Shown one piece after another: positions 8,908 through 19,252 of a DNA stretch of 64,000 nt. Every line of letters begins with the position of its first letter. Position 1 is the first letter of the stretch. A model generated the notes under the pieces. It did no database searches and was not told the origin of the DNA. It saw only the letters and a program-made list of their open reading frames with translations. The stretch lies in contig PQXF01000001.1 in NCBI GenBank assembly GCA_003194445.1, forward strand, positions 140,014 through 204,013. The letters run 5' to 3'. The DNA is from Candidatus Methanogaster sp. (GTDB lineage Archaea > Halobacteriota > Methanosarcinia > Methanosarcinales > Methanogasteraceae). The position numbers and the translations under genes were made by a program.

Positions 8908-9818
8908 TGCACCTCATCTCAGCATCAGACCTAAAGCGCGAGGAGATATATAACCTCCTCGATCTGGCTGCCCGGATGAAAGAGGGGCGTGATTCGTATA
9001 TGGATGCGCTCAAAGGCCTGAGTCTTGCCATGATATTTGAAAAGCAATCCACGCGCACGAGAGTTTCCTTTGAGGTTGCGATGACCGAACTCGGAGGACA
9101 TGCGCTCTACTTGAATTACGCGGATCTCCAGCTCGGGCGGAGCGAGACGATCTGTGATACTGCAAGCGTACTCTCAAGGTACGTCCATGCGATCACGGCG
9201 CGGGTTTATAGCCACGAGATTGTGCGTGAACTTGCAAGATGCGCAGATATCCCTGTGATCAATGCGCTCTCTGATATGGAGCATCCGTGCCAGTTGCTTG
9301 CGGATCTGTTAACCATCCGGGAATGCAAAGGGGATCTGGAGGGTTTGCGCATTGCGTGGATCGGGGACGGGAACAACGTCTGCAACTCACTAATACTTGG
9401 AAGCGCAATAACCGGCATGAACCTCTCTGTAGCGTGCCCTGCCGGATACGAGCCGGATGCGAGGGTTGTGGCTCATGCTAACGAACTCGGAAGCAGTCTC
9501 TTGATTACAAACGACCCGGTCGAGGCGGCATCCGGCGCTGATGTCCTCTACACCGATGTCTGGGTATCGATGGGGGATGAGGAGGAAGAGGAGGAGCGTT
9601 TCCGGGATTTTTCCGGTTTCCAGATCAACAGCGATCTTTTGGGTCATGCAAAATCTGATTGTATCGTACTCCACTGCCTGCCAGCGCATCGCGGTCAGGA
9701 GATCTCTGCCGAGGTGCTGGACGGCGAGCATTCGGTCGTACTGGATCAGGCGGAGAACCGGCTGCATGCGCAAAAAGCGCTACTGATGACGGTGATCCCG
9801 TGCCAGTGCGATGGGTGA
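8904..9818 (+). CDS. argF: Ornithine carbamoyltransferase
   Basis: STRTRVSF, HPCQ, WVSMG, HCLP, QAENR; ATGA overlap with map. Confidence 0.96.
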   Translation: MMHLISASDLKREEIYNLLDLAARMKEGRDSYMDALKGLSLAMIFEKQSTRTRVSFEVAMTELGGHALYLNYADLQLGRSETICDTASVLSRYVHAITARVYSHEIVRELARCADIPVINALSDMEHPCQLLADLLTIRECKGDLEGLRIAWIGDGNNVCNSLILGSAITGMNLSVACPAGYEPDARVVAHANELGSSLLITNDPVEAASGADVLYTDVWVSMGDEEEEEERFRDFSGFQINSDLLGHAKSDCIVLHCLPAHRGQEISAEVLDGEHSVVLDQAENRLHAQKALLMTVIPCQCDG

Positions 9819-9879
9819 TGGGTAGTCCCCGCGCACCAAAAGTTTATATCCTGCATGACCCAACACATCACGTACAGAC

Positions 9880-9953
9880 GGGCTCGTAGCTCAGTCAGGC
9901 AGAGCGGTGGGCTCTTAACCCATTCGCCAAGGGTTCAAATCCCTTCGAGCCCG
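9880..9953 (+). tRNA. tRNA-Lys(CTT), no encoded CCA
   Basis: GGGCTCG/CGAGCCC acceptor stem, anticodon loop CT-CTT-AA, GTTCAAATC T-loop, TATA box at ~9843. Confidence 0.95.
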
Positions 9954-9978
9954 TTTGAAACACAATGGGTGGCAAATC

Positions 9979-10290
9979 GTGGTAACGATCAGCAGGTCCG
10001 CAGCAGATGAACTGAAAAGCATCTTCAAAGCCGAAGCCAGTCTGGAACATGCCGATTGCGGTCTGCGAATATACGTGGCAGGAATGGGTGATCATGGCAT
10101 AATGTATGGTCTTGAACTGGACAATGCCAGGCACGATCGCGACATTGTACTCGATCTCGGTGGGATTAAGACGCTTATCGACGAGAAGATCGCACCATCG
10201 GTGCAGAATATCGTGATCGATTTTACGGATACTCATGATGGGCGCGGATTCGTGATCAGCGATCCCTATCTGTGTTGTGGGCGCAGGTGA
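9979..10290 (+). CDS. HesB/IscA-like protein (start uncertain)
   Basis: VTISRSAA..GLRIYVAG..YGLELD..IDF..GFVI..CC. Confidence 0.75.
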   Translation: MVTISRSAADELKSIFKAEASLEHADCGLRIYVAGMGDHGIMYGLELDNARHDRDIVLDLGGIKTLIDEKIAPSVQNIVIDFTDTHDGRGFVISDPYLCCGRR

Positions 10291-10358
10291 CTTCGTATGT
10301 AGACACACTTTTATAGATCGCCATAGCCCTATTAGAATACAGAATACGAGGAATCACA

Positions 10359-11360
10359 ATGATGAAGAAAATACTACTATGTATCCTATTGCTCTCCTTT
10401 GCCCCCCATGCAGTCGGTTCCCCACAGTACGCGATGCAAGATATGGTCATAGGAGCCTATCTGATAGATCTGAGCTACAATGGTGAAGGGAACACCGCGA
10501 TAGCCAGGGAAACTATCGTATTCATAAATAACGGGGATGCAAATCACACAGATGATCTCTGCGTCATTGTCCCCGAGACTGCAACGGTCATGTATATGAA
10601 CAAGGTGGGGCACCAAAACATGAATGCATCCGCAATCCCGGTTAAGTATGATCAGGTGGGTGAGGTTCTCTACTGGAATGCAACGATTGCACCACGATCG
10701 ATGGCGATGTACTCCATAATGTACACCGTACCGATCACCGAATCGGGCGAGTTTATAAAGAATCTCGATCCAGCGGTTATGAATTATCCACTCACCAGGT
10801 TCACGCTGAATGTCAGCACAGACGGCAGTATCAAACTGACAGATGCAAATGGGGTGGTAATAAGACAGGATCCTGAGGACGATAGGGGGGGCGGAGCTCT
10901 GTACGAATGGGCAGGTGGTGTGCCGTTTAAGGAGTTGCACGTGATGGCATCATCACAGCCACAACCAGCTAATACAGATAAATGGATCGTATATGGCATC
11001 ATTGCAGTGCTGGTCATCGCTGCGCTGACCTATCCGATAATCCATGTCAGGAACAACAGACTGCGGGAGAAGGAAGGTGGAAACAAACTCTCATGCGCGT
11101 CCTGCTCTGTTTGCAGCGAGGATGGTAAAAATGATAAAGAACCGAGGGGGGGCGACTGGGATGAGATGGATGAGATCATCACGGAGATCTCCCAGACTGA
11201 AGAGGATCTGATACGGAAGAAGAGGGCGATTCTTGCCGTGCTTAATAAACTGGAAGAAGATCGTGACGCTGGCGCGGTTTCAGATGCCGATTACAAGCGG
11301 ATATCATCGAAGTACGAGAAGCAGGCAATCGCGATAATGAAACAACTGGACAAGATGTGA
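10359..11360 (+). CDS. Type I membrane protein with a short C-terminal CcmI/SHOCT-like helical domain
   Basis: Signal peptide, beta-rich ectodomain, one TM, cytoplasmic CxxCxxC, and LEEDRDAGAVSDADY. Confidence 0.7.
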   Translation: MMKKILLCILLLSFAPHAVGSPQYAMQDMVIGAYLIDLSYNGEGNTAIARETIVFINNGDANHTDDLCVIVPETATVMYMNKVGHQNMNASAIPVKYDQVGEVLYWNATIAPRSMAMYSIMYTVPITESGEFIKNLDPAVMNYPLTRFTLNVSTDGSIKLTDANGVVIRQDPEDDRGGGALYEWAGGVPFKELHVMASSQPQPANTDKWIVYGIIAVLVIAALTYPIIHVRNNRLREKEGGNKLSCASCSVCSEDGKNDKEPRGGDWDEMDEIITEISQTEEDLIRKKRAILAVLNKLEEDRDAGAVSDADYKRISSKYEKQAIAIMKQLDKM

Positions 11361-11361
11361 G

Positions 11362-11967
11362 ATGAGAACCGGAATCATCCTCTGCGGCGGAAGAAGCAGG
11401 CGTTTCGGGAAGGATAAAGCGCTGCTATCCACCGAGGGGGTGCCGATGGTTCAAAGGATGACTGGTCGCATCTCACAGGTTGTGGATAAGATCATCATCG
11501 CTGCACGGGACTCTGCACAGCGCGAATCGCTTGCAGCGATTTCAGCGATTCCGGATGGTGCAGAGGTCGTATGCGATTCGGTTATCGGATATGGTCCTGT
11601 TGCAGGCATTCTCGCAGGACTCCGCGCATCGAAATCAGAATATTCGATCTGTCTCGCATGTGACCTGCCTTACGTCAATCCGGATGTTGTTGATGCGCTC
11701 TTTGGGTGTGCAGAGGCGAATAATGGCGATGTCGCAATCCCGAAGCATCCGAACGGGATACTTGAACCGCTCCATGCGGTCTATGGTAAATCGATGGTGA
11801 GGGCGTGTCGCGATGCTATTGGTATGGGGGAGCATACCATCCGCGGAGCGATGTCGTCACTGGAGAGGGTTGTATTCGTGCCTACAGAGTCGCTTCGGAG
11901 GTTCGATCCTGATCTGCGTACGTTTCTGAATGTGAATTATCCGGAGGATCTTGGGGTGATGGTATGA
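11362..11967 (+). CDS. mobA: Molybdenum cofactor guanylyltransferase
   Basis: ILCGGRSRRFGKDKA, GPVAGI, ACDLP, EPLHAVY, NVNYPED. Confidence 0.93.
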   Translation: MRTGIILCGGRSRRFGKDKALLSTEGVPMVQRMTGRISQVVDKIIIAARDSAQRESLAAISAIPDGAEVVCDSVIGYGPVAGILAGLRASKSEYSICLACDLPYVNPDVVDALFGCAEANNGDVAIPKHPNGILEPLHAVYGKSMVRACRDAIGMGEHTIRGAMSSLERVVFVPTESLRRFDPDLRTFLNVNYPEDLGVMV

Positions 11968-12063
11968 AAACGTTTCATGAGGCTGTCGAGTCACTCTGGT
12001 GCGGAGGCTGATTTTTTTGCAGGAATCGAAACTTATATGTGAAAATGCAGGTAAGCAACATAT

Positions 12064-12531
12064 ATGACCAAAGGCGAACCAGAGGCGAGGACTTATCTTT
12101 TCAGGGTGGTGGTCGAACCGGATGAAGATCGATGGCATGCCTACTGCCCAGCCCTTGAGGACATCGGGGGTGCTACGTGGGGACATACTAGAGAAGAAGC
12201 ATTAAAAAATATAAGAGAAGTGGTTGAAATGATAATAGAAGAACTCATCGAAGACGGAGAACATATACCTGAAGCTTTAGAAAATGAAGTTCGGATTTTC
12301 CCTGAATCGGCGCTATCTAAAAATCCAATGGTTTTCGACGATTTACTCGATTCGTGTCATTCGTCTATTCGTGGAATTCGTGATAAAATCAGCACCAATA
12401 GATCACGAATGGTAACGAATGACGCGAATTGCACGAATGTTCGAAGACGTGTACACCACCATAAAATCAAAGTGTTTTCAATGGAGTTTTCGGTTGCACC
12501 CTCTGAACCAATGGTAATGGTAACAGCCTGA
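12064..12531 (+). CDS. hicB: HicB-family antitoxin carrying an in-frame 67-aa MITE insertion
   Basis: AYCPAL..GATWGHTREEALKNIRE. Residues 82-148 are translated family A repeat. Confidence 0.85.
   Translation: MTKGEPEARTYLFRVVVEPDEDRWHAYCPALEDIGGATWGHTREEALKNIREVVEMIIEELIEDGEHIPEALENEVRIFPESALSKNPMVFDDLLDSCHSSIRGIRDKISTNRSRMVTNDANCTNVRRRVHHHKIKVFSMEFSVAPSEPMVMVTA
12309..12501 (+). mobile_element. MITE-like family A copy inside hicB
   Basis: GGCGC..GCACC ends; flanking 8-mers CCTGAATC / TCTGAACC. Confidence 0.8.
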
Positions 12532-12650
12532 TGCTAATCGATCATAGCAAGCTGCGAAACATAACTGCCAGGAAAATCATCTCCGCTCTTTCTCGTGATG
12601 GATTCTACCCCAATCTCAAAAGGGGAGTTATCAAAGATATTATTACCTCT
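12531..12650 (+). pseudogene. hicA: HicA toxin remnant
   Basis: LRNITARKIISALSRDGF, then a frameshifted QKGSYQRY; TGATG overlap with hicB. Confidence 0.7.
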
Positions 12651-12690
12651 CTGAAACACCAAAGCCACCCGTCAGGCGAGAAGCGATAAC

Positions 12691-13773
12691 ATGATAGAGA
12701 ACCAAATCGCAGAGAAGACACTGCTCGAGATGATCGAGGATCTCTACGACCAGTTCGAGAACGGAACGATCCCGAACATCAAGATATCCACAAGAACGAA
12801 GAAGAATATCGAGTACAACGAGGATAGTGAGGTCTGGGTATATGGCGATCAGACCAGCATGCGGAGTGCAAAGACCGTAAAGGGCGCGTATCACCTCTTG
12901 AAGATGGCATATTCAATAGAACTCCTCATAAACGAACATTTGAGGAACAATCGCGGATCTACTCTGCGAGAACTCTATTACATATCCGAGAACTGGGATA
13001 TCGCGAAGTTTAAGCAGCAGTCAGAGAGCGACCGGCTGATCGAGGATCTTGAGATCATCAGCGCGCTCCAGCGGGAGGATTTTCACATCCGCCCTGAGGA
13101 GGACGGGGCAACAATCTTCGGACCCATATCCCTGCTCGAAGAGACAAAGCGGGGCGAGCGCCAGATCCACTGCCGGGAGGATGTTGGCGAGAGCGGATAC
13201 CAGATACCGTTTAACGTGGACAACGTCCGATTCAAGGATCACGATGCGAAACTCGTTGTTGCGATCGAGACTGGCGGTATGTATGCCAGGTTGATCGAGA
13301 ATGGGTTTGATGAGGAGTATGATGCGGTTCTGGTGCACCTGAAGGGTCAGCCCGCAAGGAGCACCCGCCGCATGGTCAAACGGATGAGCGAGGAGTTATC
13401 ACTCCCTGTCGTCGTCTTCACAGACGGCGATCCATGGAGTTACCGGATCTACGCGAGCGTCGCTTACGGATCGATCAAGAGTGCACACCTCTCTGAATAC
13501 CTTGCAGCCCCCAAGGCGCTCTTTCTTGGCGTGCAGCCGGCAGATATCGTTGAGTACTCACTTTCCACCGACAAGTTGACAGATCAAGACATCGCTGCCC
13601 TGAAGAGCGAACTCACCGATCCGAGGTTCGCTACCGAGTACTGGAAGGAACAGATCAATCTCCAGATCAAACTCGGGAAGAAATCCGAGCAGCAGGCGTT
13701 TGCCGGGAAGGGTCTGGATTTCGTGACCGACACATATCTGCCCGCCCGCCTCTCAGAGATGGGGGTCGTATAA
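12691..13773 (+). CDS. top6A: DNA topoisomerase VI subunit A
   Basis: [24 protein letters not shown]. Confidence 0.96.
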   Translation: MIENQIAEKTLLEMIEDLYDQFENGTIPNIKISTRTKKNIEYNEDSEVWVYGDQTSMRSAKTVKGAYHLLKMAYSIELLINEHLRNNRGSTLRELYYISENWDIAKFKQQSESDRLIEDLEIISALQREDFHIRPEEDGATIFGPISLLEETKRGERQIHCREDVGESGYQIPFNVDNVRFKDHDAKLVVAIETGGMYARLIENGFDEEYDAVLVHLKGQPARSTRRMVKRMSEELSLPVVVFTDGDPWSYRIYASVAYGSIKSAHLSEYLAAPKALFLGVQPADIVEYSLSTDKLTDQDIAALKSELTDPRFATEYWKEQINLQIKLGKKSEQQAFAGKGLDFVTDTYLPARLSEMGVV

Positions 13774-14589
13774 GTGGGCGACTTCCTCTTTGCTACCCGG
13801 TCGTGCCTTGGATTCCTTACGACGATCCCTGTTGGTATCAGCATGGAAGGACTCGCTGCTCTCGGCAAGCGTCTGTATCTCTTTCCTGTGATCGGCGCGG
13901 TGATCGGGCTTCTTATTGGCGGGATCGGCTACCTCTTCGGGTCAGTTCTGCCGCCAGAGGCAGCTTCGGTCATGATCATAGCCTCGCTCTACTACTTAAC
14001 CGGCATCAACCACCTCGACGGGCTTTCTGATTTTGGCGACGGGTTCGTTGCGCACGGTTCACGCGAAAAGAAGATCGGTGCGATGCGTGACGTCTCGCTT
14101 GGCATCGGAGGGGTCGTATTCTGCGTGATCGCGGTTCTCGGATTGTTCGCAACAATGAGCGGGATACTGGAACGCGATTCCGTCGGTGTCGGCTATCAGT
14201 TTCTGGCGGTCATGATCGCTGCCGAGGTGAGCGCAAAGCAGGCGATGCTTACGATCTCGGCGTTTGGGAAGAGTATTCACCCGGGGCTTGGATCGATCAT
14301 GATCGATGAGACCGGATCTCGTGAGTTTGCAATCGGGCTACTCTTCTCGGCTGCGGTCTGCGTACTCGTCTTCGCGGGCGTGGGCATGTATGTTGGTCAT
14401 GATGCATGCGCAACCATAGGTCTGCCCGTACTCGGTGTTGCAATGCTCAGCAGCGCGATCGCATTGTCGCTCGTCGTTCTCGGGACTGCAAACCGCAACT
14501 TCGGTGGCATCAGCGGCGATGTGATCGGGGCTACGAATGAGATTGCACGACTTGGTGCGCTGCTGGTGGCTGTGGCGTGGGTGGTGTAG
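13774..14589 (+). CDS. cobS: Adenosylcobinamide-GDP ribazoletransferase
   Basis: FLTTIP, HLDGLSDFGDG, FGGISGDVIGA. Confidence 0.95.
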   Translation: MGDFLFATRSCLGFLTTIPVGISMEGLAALGKRLYLFPVIGAVIGLLIGGIGYLFGSVLPPEAASVMIIASLYYLTGINHLDGLSDFGDGFVAHGSREKKIGAMRDVSLGIGGVVFCVIAVLGLFATMSGILERDSVGVGYQFLAVMIAAEVSAKQAMLTISAFGKSIHPGLGSIMIDETGSREFAIGLLFSAAVCVLVFAGVGMYVGHDACATIGLPVLGVAMLSSAIALSLVVLGTANRNFGGISGDVIGATNEIARLGALLVAVAWVV

Positions 14590-14727
14590 CGATATAAACA
14601 GAAACCTATGTTTTGCTATTAGATAAGTAATATAAAATCAAAAAATCTACTTAAAACCACAAAAGTTATATACTGGGAAGTCGGTATACTATAAGAATAG
14701 ATTACATCGCTTGGGAGTGTGAGAACA

Positions 14728-15234
14728 ATGGGAATTCTTGATACCGGAATTAAAATCTTGCAAGATATAAAGTATGAATTTTCTGATGACCCTTTCATGG
14801 TTGGTTTGAGATTTGAAGATTATGTACAAGGCCTGTTCTCGAAAAAGTATTTTGCAATCTCAGAGAAAACACATTCTACTGAAACCAACCAGAAACAATA
14901 TGTTGAAAGTAGTATGAATCCCGATTTTGTGTTTAGATATATGCCTACCGGTAAACAGTTTGCTGTGGAGTGTAAATATCGTTCAGGGCTTAAAGAGGGT
15001 CGCCTAAGTTGGAGCTACCCCAAACAAATGAAAAGATATCAAGAATTTTCACATAAACGAAAAATACCTGTTTTTATCGTTATTGGACTGGGTGGCGAGG
15101 ACAATGAACCTGAAGATATGTTCAATATCCCATTGGAAGAAGCAAAATACCCAGACCTATACCCAAGCGTAATTAATAGATTCAGCAGACTTCCTGACAA
15201 GCCATTTTTCTGGAAAAATGGAAAACTGTATTAG
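14728..15234 (+). CDS. PD-(D/E)XK nuclease-fold protein, AT-rich
   Basis: GLRFEDYV..NPDFV..FAVECKYRS. Confidence 0.75.
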   Translation: MGILDTGIKILQDIKYEFSDDPFMVGLRFEDYVQGLFSKKYFAISEKTHSTETNQKQYVESSMNPDFVFRYMPTGKQFAVECKYRSGLKEGRLSWSYPKQMKRYQEFSHKRKIPVFIVIGLGGEDNEPEDMFNIPLEEAKYPDLYPSVINRFSRLPDKPFFWKNGKLY

Positions 15235-15305
15235 ATTTTGCTTCTGATCACCTCTGCGGTGAACTATCGCTTGCCGTTTTCTGATATCAGAATCTTATAT
15301 CTCAT
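15231..15305 (-). pseudogene. RelE/ParE-like toxin N-terminal remnant
   Basis: MRYKILISENGKR* overlapping the stop of the upstream antitoxin. Confidence 0.5.
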
Positions 15306-15501
15306 TGAGACTCACGAATTCCTCGTCCCGAAGGATCTTTCGCTGCCGTTCTATAAACGCCTCGTCGTAGTCAGAGTGCTCCAACCACATATCGAGCGCA
15401 TCAGTCACTGCTTTTCCGGGATCAGCGTTTAAATCACTACATCGGTCTCGAAACGTACGATAAATCCTTTCATCCACGTCCTGAACCAATTGCGCTGACA
15501 T
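15295..15501 (-). CDS. Small RHH-like antitoxin
   Basis: 68 aa; VDERIYRTFR..GKAVTDALDMW..EEFVSLNEI tail typical of RelB-like antitoxins. Confidence 0.6.
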   Translation of the reverse strand: MSAQLVQDVDERIYRTFRDRCSDLNADPGKAVTDALDMWLEHSDYDEAFIERQRKILRDEEFVSLNEI

Positions 15502-15724
15502 AATTGTATAATCGTTGATGAAAGCCGTTATAGTTTTTGGTACATTGAGCCTGTCAAGTATTGCGCGAATTAACGAACCCCCGCGAATGTTTATACCCAG
15601 CCGTCGGCATTCGCACCACGTAAGGGTCAGGCAGTGCCTGTGCGGTATAATCTCATGCTACTGTTTCATGGTACATGCACAATATCGCGTACAGTCTTTA
15701 AATAAATGCAACGGTACAAACAAT

Positions 15725-15812
15725 CTGTAATCTGCGTTCATCCGGGTTAATGGCTTCGCCGCCGCTGTCGCGGTCAGTGGCTGACATGTTTTTAGCCACA
15801 GATTTCACCGAC
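15725..15812. repeat. REP-like palindromic repeat family C
   Basis: GTGGCT..AGCCACAGATT; matches 1843-1925. Confidence 0.7.
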
Positions 15813-15848
15813 TTCGGAAGTCCAATCATTCCCCTGTTCAAAACCAGA

Positions 15849-18800
15849 TCATGGGCGGATCCTATACACACGCGTCTCGTGTGGGTGCAGTTCTTGAACC
15901 GTGATGACCACACCCCCAACCACTACCTCTTGTGTAGATGTTACATCCGTTACCAGTTCTTTGACTTCCACAAAACCACCACCAAAGCCGAATTTTGACA
16001 GGTCAACTGATACTACACCGCTTTCCGTAGCAGAACCACTGTTTCCGACTGTATAATATAAACCGTCTTCAATCCCCCCATATCGCTCGAATTTTATATT
16101 GCGATTGTCGGCTGTCGCATAAGGTATGGGTTCCCATCCTGCGCTTGAGATCGCTTTTATGAGCGGTACATATCTCTTAAACAGCCCCCGATCCCGCCCG
16201 TACAGCGTGGCGTCAGCCCAGTAATCATCCCGCTTTCCGGACGCATACCAGATGCCTGGAAACATGCCATAGAACATCTGGTCATTGATATACGTTTCCA
16301 TCTCTGTATGCGTGATCGGGTCGTTCCCATATTGATCCCAGTTCAACAGATTGCGATTCGTCTTCTGGTAACTCATTGTACGGTGTAACGATGCATCAGC
16401 ACAGTCCATCCGCAGTTCCCAGACTTCACTACCCGGCACGTCAATCAGGTGCCCATAGAACGAATATGCGTACGAGAACATGTTCGCATCGAGACGCTTG
16501 CCTGCATCGCTCATATTTGCCTGCATCGCTGCAAGGTATTCATGTTGTGATAATGTACCAAGCAGCACTGGTTGTCTGGTATCATAACTAAATACAAGCG
16601 GATGATCCGTGTATGCCCACTGACGCCTCCGGTAGTTTTCAAGCATGGCAGATCTCCCGTGAGCGGAGAGCGAATCCAGACGTAAACCATCACATTGAGG
16701 GACGTACTCAGTGGATTCAAAACCGCTGTTCCGGACTAAATTATTAGCTGTCCCGGCTACGGACAGGCTGACATCATCGACCCAGAAAGTACCGTGTCCA
16801 CCATATATATTATTGCAAATTCTTATTGTTGCAGTATCTGGTGTGGTTGCAAATGCCATACTCTTCTGCGCCCAGTCGTTTGTCCCGTGCCAATAGTGCA
16901 GATTGCGCTGTGTTATATAAGTGCCGTCGGCTGCATATTCTGCTGCGCGTACGGCAGGAAAAGCAGAACCTCCGCATTGGTACGTGCGCCCCCACGCTGA
17001 AAAAACGTATTGCGTGGATGGCGATGCAGCGATCAGGTCACTGCATAGTACGGAAGAAGTGGCATCGTCCGTACCACCGATGTCGAGTTTGGCGGAATAG
17101 CTGCCAGTGCGTGAAACATCATCGGCGATATGCCAGTTATGCCAGCCAACCACTGTGGGAGTCCAGTTATGAGCGTGCAACGAGGATGAACGTCCATTGT
17201 CCATGCTGTATTCCAGATAGCTGACATCAAACCTGTTTAACCCAGGGATGTCCGGGTCAGGATTCATCGGGTAACTCTGTGACCATTCTAAAAAGTGTTC
17301 CCAGAAACATGGCAGAAGGTATTGGTTACCGTTTTTGTCAAGCGGACAAGTCTCAAGCACACTCGATGCCATCTGGCTTCGTGAGATCACGTATTCGTAC
17401 GGATCGGTCCCATCTACGATCTCTTTATCCAATCTCGCTATTTTTTCTTTATAAGACGGCTCGGCCGGATCATCGTCAAAATACGTTCGGTACCCCCATG
17501 GTTCGGAATATTCCATAGAATATATGCCATGCATTTCATTAAAGATTCGTTCTGATGGGGGCATGCAATGCGAATCGGTAAACACAAATCCAAAATCGTC
17601 CACGTCCGGTATATTCATCTGGTGATCGATAACCCAGAGCCCCTCCCGGTCATTTTTCTTCACAAAAAACCCGGGGTACAGCTCATAATACTTCTTCGCC
17701 GCAGCCCTGAAACCCCACTCGGGTTCATCTACCCGGTACAGGATAAACGTAAAGTTAGCATGACCCGCCCCGATCTTATCGGTGCAGTTTGAAAGCCCGA
17801 AATCATACTCAATCAAATAGCCGCCTGCATCAGTATCGTACCCGATCCGGTATATTCTCGGCATGTCCATCGGAACCGCGAGACAGATGCCCTGCCTGCC
17901 ATCGCCGACAAACGTAAACGGATACGTGTTCTGCGTCCGCACGTCCCCGATCTTGTACACATTCTCGTACCGTGTCCCGGATTTGATCTTCCTGCCCTTC
18001 CTGATATCATCATCCCACTGCCAGCCGGTGGCATCCACAGGCAGGGCATACTGCACCTGAATTGCCCGGTCCACTCCTCGCATATCCTGTATATCGCCAT
18101 GTACTTCGATATATCGGTCTTTTGGTATGTAATCGAATTTAAACGCAATATCCGAACTGATTACATGCTCTGTGATGCTGCCATCAGTATTCTTTTCAAC
18201 CGTGCCGGAAAGCGGGATGCCGGGCGTGGTTGAAGATACCTCTCCAAAGGAGAAACCACCGGGTAGGAATAGCATTGGAATCCTGTTATCGTCTATTGCC
18301 ATGCCAGTGACTGTTCCGTCTTCTGTGAGACTAAATTCGAGACCATCTGATGTGCGCACCATGAATTCAGCACGCCTCGTCGTCTCTGCCGTCTGGTTGA
18401 CCCAAGTCTTACCCGTATTTCCGGATACATCGACCGTATATATACCAATCTCGTAACAGGTGCCGGACTTAAGTCCGGTCATATTGTAAAATGACTCCGG
18501 AGTGGTACCACCGTGCATTTCGCTTATGTAAACCAGCCCATAAGCAAATCCCATATGCCGATACATGATCTCTGGCAGCCGGTTGCCGTTTAAGTAAATT
18601 CGCGCATAAGTGAATCTTGCACTCCCCCGGTTTGTCCACGTCCAGTTGATCCATGTCCTGCCCGCGGTATGGTTAAGGTCAGTGACACATGGCAGCGGTG
18701 CTGCATGAGCTTCCAGTCCCGACCATGTAGCAGACAACCCCTCAGACGCATGTACCCCGGATGTGCGCGGAAAAGCCGAAGTTCCGGATGTGAATGCGAA

Positions 18801-18887
18801 CAGCAGAAGCGATATACACGCGATTGTCAGTAGATACCATACATACTGGTGGACATGTCCTTTTTTTGGAAGTGCAGTGCTGCGCAT
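15849..18887 (-). CDS. Large secreted putative carbohydrate-active protein (Fn3-like + glycoside-hydrolase-like + CBM4/9-like insert)
   Basis: Signal peptide, WINWTWTN Fn3-like module, GTFWVDDVSL..NLVRNSGFE CBM motif, DGLRLDS barrel motif; start uncertain. Confidence 0.7.
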   Translation of the reverse strand: MRSTALPKKGHVHQYVWYLLTIACISLLLFAFTSGTSAFPRTSGVHASEGLSATWSGLEAHAAPLPCVTDLNHTAGRTWINWTWTNRGSARFTYARIYLNGNRLPEIMYRHMGFAYGLVYISEMHGGTTPESFYNMTGLKSGTCYEIGIYTVDVSGNTGKTWVNQTAETTRRAEFMVRTSDGLEFSLTEDGTVTGMAIDDNRIPMLFLPGGFSFGEVSSTTPGIPLSGTVEKNTDGSITEHVISSDIAFKFDYIPKDRYIEVHGDIQDMRGVDRAIQVQYALPVDATGWQWDDDIRKGRKIKSGTRYENVYKIGDVRTQNTYPFTFVGDGRQGICLAVPMDMPRIYRIGYDTDAGGYLIEYDFGLSNCTDKIGAGHANFTFILYRVDEPEWGFRAAAKKYYELYPGFFVKKNDREGLWVIDHQMNIPDVDDFGFVFTDSHCMPPSERIFNEMHGIYSMEYSEPWGYRTYFDDDPAEPSYKEKIARLDKEIVDGTDPYEYVISRSQMASSVLETCPLDKNGNQYLLPCFWEHFLEWSQSYPMNPDPDIPGLNRFDVSYLEYSMDNGRSSSLHAHNWTPTVVGWHNWHIADDVSRTGSYSAKLDIGGTDDATSSVLCSDLIAASPSTQYVFSAWGRTYQCGGSAFPAVRAAEYAADGTYITQRNLHYWHGTNDWAQKSMAFATTPDTATIRICNNIYGGHGTFWVDDVSLSVAGTANNLVRNSGFESTEYVPQCDGLRLDSLSAHGRSAMLENYRRRQWAYTDHPLVFSYDTRQPVLLGTLSQHEYLAAMQANMSDAGKRLDANMFSYAYSFYGHLIDVPGSEVWELRMDCADASLHRTMSYQKTNRNLLNWDQYGNDPITHTEMETYINDQMFYGMFPGIWYASGKRDDYWADATLYGRDRGLFKRYVPLIKAISSAGWEPIPYATADNRNIKFERYGGIEDGLYYTVGNSGSATESGVVSVDLSKFGFGGGFVEVKELVTDVTSTQEVVVGGVVITVQELHPHETRVYRIRP

Positions 18888-19252
18888 CTTCAAGTAAATC
18901 CTCCTATCGGGTCTTGAGATGTGGTCGGGAAATGCCCCCACTCCCCCCACATCTCATGATGATAATAGTTATTGTGCTCATAGCATATAAACTTGACGGT
19001 CACAGACTCAAGAGTAGGTACTCCGGATGTGCGTAGAACAGCAAAAGTTTTATGAGTTGGTCATATAGTTATATAAGACAGGAGACGCGCGATGAAATTG
19101 ACATCGAACATCGGCCAATCGGCAGCAGTGACAAGACCGCCGAGCAGCGCGTATGTTCAATGTTGCAGCTTAATCGCTCTTGTAGGCCCCATGCGAACAT
19201 TCGGGAAAGGAGGCGTGAAACTTTGGGTGGGGGTGGGCGGTTTGAGGAGCGG

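Noticed and set aside
9880..9953. tRNA-Lys as an island integration site
   Set aside because: I saw no duplicated tRNA 3' end and no integrase in the window.
10288..10290. TGA as selenocysteine in the HesB-like gene
   Set aside because: The TGA follows the natural C-terminus, with a TAG four codons later, and no SECIS-like element was recognised.
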